From a bacterium (lineage in GTDB: Bacteria > Patescibacteriota > Microgenomatia > Levybacterales > UBA12049): a stretch of DNA of 64,000 bases. The notes under the pieces were generated by a model. The model was not told where the DNA came from and ran no database searches. It saw only the letters and a program-made list of their open reading frames with translations. The stretch is taken from the NCBI GenBank assembly GCA_021791545.1, contig JAJYWL010000016.1, forward strand, positions 9,533 through 73,532, read 5' to 3'. This document shows, one piece after another, positions 58,351 through 64,000 of this stretch. Each line of letters begins with the position of its first letter. The first letter of the stretch is position 1. Made by a program: the position numbers and the translations under genes.

Positions 58351-60441
58351 ATGAAATTTTCTGTCCGCCTGGCCCTTGTTTTAGGAACGATACTATTTCT
58401 TTTCCCCTTTTTCAAAGTAAATACTTTTGCTCAAATTTCAAACACACCTACCCCTGCAGTTCAAAATTATACTACTCCTGACACAAACTCCAATGTTCCC
58501 AAGAATATGCACACCCTAACCCAGAGTCTTGTAATAGAAATACTATCTTCGTTTGTTTGCCAACTGGGGGGAATTGATCCTATGAACAAAAATCAGGAAT
58601 GTTTAGGGGTTGATCCAAACACAGGCAAAATTGGTTTTGTCAAAAATGGAGGAGGCCTAGTCGGAGTCGCACAAAAAATGATTGTTAGTACTTATTCCCT
58701 ACCTATTCATACCGGTGATTATATTGCCTATGTAGGACGAAATTTCGGAATAACCAAACCCACCTATGCTGCCGATCCAAATTCGAGCTTAGGCTTACAA
58801 AGCCTTTCACCCTTAATTAATCTTTGGGTAGCTTTTAGAAATATTGTTTATCTTCTTTTTGTTGTAATCTTCACAGTTATAGGTTTAGCAATAATGCTGA
58901 GGGTGCGAATAGACCCAAGAACCGTAATGACAATTCAAAACCAAATACCTAAACTTATAATAGGCATCGTTCTTGTTACATTCTCTTTTGCATTATCCGG
59001 ATTTCTTGTAGACCTTATGTATGTTTCCTCTTACCTTGGAATAGGAGTTGTGGCTTCAGCAGACAAATCCGGGAATATTTCTCCAAACATAGGCGTGCAA
59101 TTGATGACCGCCACAAACCCCATACATGCTGCAGATATAGCAACAATGGGAGGAAAATATGATGGAAACAACCCAGCAAAATCATCAAATGATTTAGGTT
59201 TGCAAACCGGTCTTATCGGAATCGCTGTGCTACCTGCTAATGCTGCTGGTCATTTCTTGGGACCACTTTTTGCAAATCCAGTAGGATCTCTACTTATGGC
59301 TTTTGTTATGGGAGTACTGGGACACACTGCGGGACAAAGCATAGGAACAATCGTAGGGGCACTTTTAGGAGCGGGCGTAGCAATCTTAGGAATCCTTGGG
59401 GCGCCAGTCACGGGGGGAGCAAGTTTAATAGTAACCGGAGCTCTTGTAGGAGGAACCTTAGGAGCAGCTATGGGAACTACGGTAGGGGGTATTTGGGGAG
59501 CAACAGACCCTGCGAGTGCAGCAGGAGGCTTTATATCGATAATTGCTTATCTTATTATCCTTATAGCAATTCTATATTCTCTTTATAAACTTTGGTTCCA
59601 GTTAATAATCGCCTACATAAGTATCTTTATAGATGTTATTTTCTCACCTTTCTGGATAGCTGCTGGATTAATACCTGGAAGTAAAATAGGATTTGGCTCA
59701 TGGCTGAGAGACATTATTTCAAACCTTTCTGTTTTCCCCATCACATTATTAATGTTTCTCCTCTCAAAAGTAATTATAGATGCTATGGGACCATGCCAAG
59801 GAGGTACTGTTGCGGGTTTTGCATGTACTAATCCTCAGAATTTTTTTGTTGCTCCATTAATCGGCAATCCTTCTTTCCCCAATGAAATTGTTGCAATAAT
59901 AGGCCTTGGCTTCATACTCTCCACACCAGAAGTAGTTAAAATAGTAAAGACAGCTCTTAAAGCACCTCAAACTCCTCTCGGTGGACCTGCCTCTGCAATA
60001 GGGTTTGCTGCTAAGATACCTGCTGCCTTTGGAAAAGGTACCTGGGGAAGTATAATGAAAAGAGATCAATATGGTCGTCCTTTAGGAGGAGGAGCATTCC
60101 TTTGGGACGAAGGAAAAGGGATGATAAGAAGAGGTGCGGTAAGAGTAGTTCCTGGTTACAGAACGGTAGAGAACATAAGACAACGTATAGAGGACAGGAA
60201 TGCAAACAGAGGGGCAGCACGAGTTGCACCAGCAGCAGGAGGCGGAACACCACCTCCACCTCCTCCAGCAGCAGGAGGAGCACCAGCAGCAGGAGGCGGA
60301 ACACCACCTCCACCTCCTCCAGCAGCAGGAGGAGCAGCACCAGCAGGAGCAGGCTGGAGACAAGAAGGACGACAAAGAGCAGATAGAATAATTAACAGAA
60401 TGACACCCAGGGTAAATAATCCCTTTAGAAGAAGACCCTAA
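58351..60441 (+). CDS. Polytopic membrane protein, VirB6/TrbL-like, with Pro/Gly/Ala-rich tail
   Basis: W..FRN...IPKLIIGIVLVTFS...DL pattern, Gly-rich TM hairpin, IFSP.W...G.IPG...W. Confidence 0.65.
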   Translation: MKFSVRLALVLGTILFLFPFFKVNTFAQISNTPTPAVQNYTTPDTNSNVPKNMHTLTQSLVIEILSSFVCQLGGIDPMNKNQECLGVDPNTGKIGFVKNGGGLVGVAQKMIVSTYSLPIHTGDYIAYVGRNFGITKPTYAADPNSSLGLQSLSPLINLWVAFRNIVYLLFVVIFTVIGLAIMLRVRIDPRTVMTIQNQIPKLIIGIVLVTFSFALSGFLVDLMYVSSYLGIGVVASADKSGNISPNIGVQLMTATNPIHAADIATMGGKYDGNNPAKSSNDLGLQTGLIGIAVLPANAAGHFLGPLFANPVGSLLMAFVMGVLGHTAGQSIGTIVGALLGAGVAILGILGAPVTGGASLIVTGALVGGTLGAAMGTTVGGIWGATDPASAAGGFISIIAYLIILIAILYSLYKLWFQLIIAYISIFIDVIFSPFWIAAGLIPGSKIGFGSWLRDIISNLSVFPITLLMFLLSKVIIDAMGPCQGGTVAGFACTNPQNFFVAPLIGNPSFPNEIVAIIGLGFILSTPEVVKIVKTALKAPQTPLGGPASAIGFAAKIPAAFGKGTWGSIMKRDQYGRPLGGGAFLWDEGKGMIRRGAVRVVPGYRTVENIRQRIEDRNANRGAARVAPAAGGGTPPPPPPAAGGAPAAGGGTPPPPPPAAGGAAPAGAGWRQEGRQRADRIINRMTPRVNNPFRRRP
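60226..60333 (+). repeat. Perfect 54-bp tandem duplication encoding APAAGGGTPPPPPPAAGG x2
   Basis: Identical copies at 60226-60279 and 60280-60333. Confidence 0.95.
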
Positions 60442-60485
60442 GCTATTTAATAAATGATGAGGAAGGTTTAAAAAAGAATTCTAAT

Positions 60486-63400
60486 TTAACTTACCTTATA
60501 TATCTGGCCAATATTTCCCAAAAGAGCTTTAAGTGCTTCCGCAAGTCCCCCTCCTACTGCTCCCCCGCTTGATTGAAGGAATAAACCATAAGTAGTGGTA
60601 TGAGTTTCTCTCCTCATTTTTTGTATTTCTTGTTCTGAATAATAATGCTTCGTGCGCAAGAAATCCCAAATAGCCTCCATTTGTACCATATTAAATCTGG
60701 GTTGATCACTGGTTACATTTCTATGAGATTCTATTTCTGCCTCTACAATATAGGCAAAGGCATCTTTCCAAAGAAGTTCTCTTATATCAGACTCCTGAAT
60801 TCTTGCAACATCGATATCAAACCCAGGACTAAGTTCTTTTCCAGTCCTAGGATCTCTTGTCCCTTCGATTCTCCATATTTTTGGCTGATAACTGGCTGGA
60901 GGTTCAAATAGAGTCTTTGAATCCTTTTCTTCATATCTATCTTTGATTTTTCTTAATATTTCAGCTCCAAAAAGATTTGCAACAATAGGAAGATCTATTG
61001 CATCGTCTACTGTTTTCCCATCAGAGCCTGCGTGTTTTTCCCAGGTCCTTATTGTCTTACCGTAATCTGTTCCTCCCCAAGTCGAAAGCCAATATCTTAC
61101 TGCTTTTTCAACCCCATCTACCATTTTATTTGCTTTCTCATAATCTATAATTGCCCTTCCTGTACCGGGTTCAAAGGTAAGAAAGTCTTGAAAATTAAGT
61201 TGATTATGATCAACTAGAAACTCGTGAAGGTGAAATCCTGAAGCAACATGATTCGAAGCAAAATTACCCATTATATGTTGCTGAAATCTTATACCCCTGT
61301 CTTTTCCATACAAATCCCTAATAGAAGTGTTAAGATTGCTTAAATCATTCCCTTCTCCCCCCTGAATTGCTTCCAGAAGAGTTCTTCCCTCCGTGTCTCT
61401 TACTCCTTCAAAAAAATTAAGACCTAATCTTTTAAGCCCAAGTACGTTAAAAATATTTCCATAAGAAGCATTTCTTTTATCAGCCATCTGCCTTATTCTG
61501 TATTCCTGAGAATTTATAATCTTTGTCCATGCATCGAAACCTACTGCTCCTGTATCATTCTTTGCAGCTAAGCCAGTCCATTTAGTCATAGAAAAAGCCC
61601 AGTTTTCTGCATATTGAGCTTCTCTTCTGTCTAGCCCCGTTTGCTCCATTATTGCCCTTACCATCCTCTCTCTTACTTGGGTGATTACAGCCTCGTCCTT
61701 ATTTGGCCCTGGTCCTGTAAATACATTTATATATTCCATAAAGTCTTTTGGGGGATTTCCGTTTTCATCCAAAATGAGCTTACCATCTCTAAACCATTTA
61801 CTCGAGTCGTAATGGCGTCCTGGACCTTTTACTCCTGTAAAAGTTTTTTCTACTTCCTCATCCTCGTCCCATCCAGTATATTTTTCTGAAAAAAGAGATG
61901 AATCTGGAAATATTTTTTGTAGAGAATCGTAATCGTAGATGTAATAATATGCCATTAAAGCTTTTCTTACTGCCTGGCCAACATCGGAATTCTTGTCGAC
62001 CCTGTCTTTTATTTCCTCTCCTTGATGTAATTCTAATCCAGGAACCTTATCCGCATCCCTCATCGATGGCATGCTTAGAATAAATTCCATAAAGTTAGAC
62101 CTGGTAAACATGTTTGTTCCATATATCTTTGATATTGTTTCTAAAAGCTTATGTTCATCAAACTGAATGTTCACATATTCTACATGGTTATTCCTTGATG
62201 TATTAAATAGAAATGCCTCTGTTAACAATTGTTGTCTTAATTTTTCATAGTCTTTATTTTTATGATAAGTCGCCTCTGATTGAGCTATCATCGGCTTCTT
62301 TTTATCAATATTCCCATGCTTATCTATATTTGGAACAATCTTTTTTACATTTCTTTTTTCAGTAAAATAACTTCCAGTAAGAACCATTTCTTGTAGACTT
62401 ATCTGACTCCATCTTGATTTAACCGTTATCTGACTAAAGAAATCAACAGTAGAATTAGGAGAAAATTCATGTATTTCTATCATTCTTTTTCTTACCCATG
62501 CCATAAAATGAGCCTTATTAACTTTTCCCTCTCTACTCAAAAGCTCATTTTCTCCCCCAGTCTTCCACTCCTCGTTTTCTGAATTCATTATGAGAGCACA
62601 TAGGTCTTCCAAAGATGCAGGAATGTCGGGAAGAGCACCCTCAAGGCTATAGTAATGGGAAATTACCCTTTGAGAAAATGGAGGCTTTCCTCCAAAAACT
62701 TCACTTTTAATCCCATTAAGATCCCGATCTTTTCTTAATCTCTCCAATCTCTTTACGATTGGTTCATAGTCTCTTTCATAAGCATCTTTTGAAATCGCTC
62801 CTGTTGTTTCAAGTGCCTTGGCGAAAAAGATAAGATTATCTACCTCTGTGTCTACCTCATTTGTATAAGATGTTGCACTATCAATAACGTCCATGCTCTC
62901 TCTATAATTTTGTTGGAAAGTTTTAATACCCTCTTCTGCTTCAGGTTGATCCTCAGAAGTTCCTGTTCCTGATTTTCTAGTAGCCCTGACTATATCCTCC
63001 GTAGTGCTCGTGGCTTCTCTTGCCATTTCGTCATTTTGTCTTTTTAATTCTTGGTATTCCGGATCATCTTCATCATCATGGTCATCATTTTCCCCACCAT
63101 CTTCATCGTCGGGATTGTCGTCGGGTGTCTCATCGTCCTCATTATTGTCATCATTTTCTTCATCTGGAGAGGATGACTTAACATCATCCTTTTCCTCAAT
63201 TGCTTCAGCTTGCGAAGAATTATCAAATTGATCTCTTTTTTTTCTTAAAATTTCCATTAACTCAGAAAGGTTTGATTCCTTAATTGTTTCTTTATCAACT
63301 CCATTTTCAAGAAGGATTCTTTCTAAGTTGCTCGTCATAGCAAATGGAACCCCTCCGCTCCCAATCTTATCTAAAAGACTTCTTGCTTCGGCTGTTATGT

Positions 63401-63785
63401 CTTGCACGCCTTCATTTTCTGCTCCATTTATTTCTGACTCGCGTGGATTTTCCGATTCTTCTTCAGGAGGAGTATCTTCTGCCCCAGAAATTGGAAGAAC
63501 TCCCATTTCTATTAATTCTAGTGTTGTTCTTCTTTCGTCTACGGATAAGCTTTCCCAGGGGCGTATCCTTTCCCAAGCTTCCCTGGAGGCCCTCTTAGCT
63601 TCTTCACTTACAATTTTTTCTCTAGGACTTTGTCCTTCATTATTCATCGGTGTTTCACCACCACCTGGTTCTGGCATAAAAATTTCGCCTTCTCTTTCCA
63701 GAGTAGAAGAATTGGAGTTTGATGTCAACTCATCCAGGCTCAACTGATTTCCCCTGAAATTTCTTGGGTCCATTTCATTTTTCAT
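60486..63785 (-). CDS. Large hypothetical protein with acidic low-complexity N-terminal region
   Basis: 1099-aa ORF with a D/E-rich tract; no recognisable domain. Confidence 0.8.
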   Translation of the reverse strand: MKNEMDPRNFRGNQLSLDELTSNSNSSTLEREGEIFMPEPGGGETPMNNEGQSPREKIVSEEAKRASREAWERIRPWESLSVDERRTTLELIEMGVLPISGAEDTPPEEESENPRESEINGAENEGVQDITAEARSLLDKIGSGGVPFAMTSNLERILLENGVDKETIKESNLSELMEILRKKRDQFDNSSQAEAIEEKDDVKSSSPDEENDDNNEDDETPDDNPDDEDGGENDDHDDEDDPEYQELKRQNDEMAREATSTTEDIVRATRKSGTGTSEDQPEAEEGIKTFQQNYRESMDVIDSATSYTNEVDTEVDNLIFFAKALETTGAISKDAYERDYEPIVKRLERLRKDRDLNGIKSEVFGGKPPFSQRVISHYYSLEGALPDIPASLEDLCALIMNSENEEWKTGGENELLSREGKVNKAHFMAWVRKRMIEIHEFSPNSTVDFFSQITVKSRWSQISLQEMVLTGSYFTEKRNVKKIVPNIDKHGNIDKKKPMIAQSEATYHKNKDYEKLRQQLLTEAFLFNTSRNNHVEYVNIQFDEHKLLETISKIYGTNMFTRSNFMEFILSMPSMRDADKVPGLELHQGEEIKDRVDKNSDVGQAVRKALMAYYYIYDYDSLQKIFPDSSLFSEKYTGWDEDEEVEKTFTGVKGPGRHYDSSKWFRDGKLILDENGNPPKDFMEYINVFTGPGPNKDEAVITQVRERMVRAIMEQTGLDRREAQYAENWAFSMTKWTGLAAKNDTGAVGFDAWTKIINSQEYRIRQMADKRNASYGNIFNVLGLKRLGLNFFEGVRDTEGRTLLEAIQGGEGNDLSNLNTSIRDLYGKDRGIRFQQHIMGNFASNHVASGFHLHEFLVDHNQLNFQDFLTFEPGTGRAIIDYEKANKMVDGVEKAVRYWLSTWGGTDYGKTIRTWEKHAGSDGKTVDDAIDLPIVANLFGAEILRKIKDRYEEKDSKTLFEPPASYQPKIWRIEGTRDPRTGKELSPGFDIDVARIQESDIRELLWKDAFAYIVEAEIESHRNVTSDQPRFNMVQMEAIWDFLRTKHYYSEQEIQKMRRETHTTTYGLFLQSSGGAVGGGLAEALKALLGNIGQIYKVS

Positions 63786-63857
63786 AATCCCATTTTATTT
63801 TCATATCCCTCAGTTCGCTTGATATTTGCTTTACAAAAAAATTACAATATGATTACC

Positions 63858-64000
63858 ATGAAAGAACGTTTTGACTCACTTTATCCTGAAGAAACAAGAT
63901 TTTCTGAAATAGAAAAAATACTTTCTTTTGCAAAAGAAGGGAATTCCTGTCAGGTTATTGGAATTCCCGGAACAGGGAGATCAAATATATTAGGTCTCTT
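63858..64000 (+). CDS. P-loop ATPase, N-terminal fragment (runs off the window)
   Basis: MKERFDSLYPEETRFSEIEKILSFAKEGNSCQVIGIPGTGRSNILGL with a Walker A-like motif. Confidence 0.65.
   Translation, partial: MKERFDSLYPEETRFSEIEKILSFAKEGNSCQVIGIPGTGRSNILGL

Noticed and set aside
60011-60391. Cys/Trp-, Gln/His- and Ser/Arg-rich alternative-frame ORFs, or a CRISPR-like array
   Set aside because: They are alternative readings of the 54-bp coding duplication; there are no spacers.

Overview
AT-rich, gene-dense bacterial chromosome segment using standard code 11. The gene content suggests a Patescibacteria/CPR genome, probably Microgenomates (inference): archaeal-type PyrH, Cmk and ATP-dependent ligase, class II RNR, stand-alone VirD4- and VirB6-like genes, tandem class A PBPs and many orphan proteins. 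The window starts inside a 23S rRNA gene (minus strand) that carries an L1917 group I intron with a LAGLIDADG endonuclease missed by the ORF track. The 23S is preceded only by tRNA-Ala and its own promoter, with no adjacent 16S. There are nine tRNAs, including rare Ile(UAU) and Arg(GCG), a non-canonical initiator-like tRNA and all four Ser isoacceptors, plus smpB-tmRNA. The strongest candidate for a new system is nrdR-nrdJ-pduO, under tandem NrdR boxes, followed by a compact cobalamin riboswitch with a complete terminator/antiterminator. The riboswitch gates a 356-aa soluble Zn-ribbon protein that I do not recognise. Other signals: pervasive leaderless promoter geometry, a pyrC-like start-site hairpin before pyrH, Zur and ArsR operators, and a JAB/MPN-motif orphan. 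No CRISPR array, prophage or IS element was seen.
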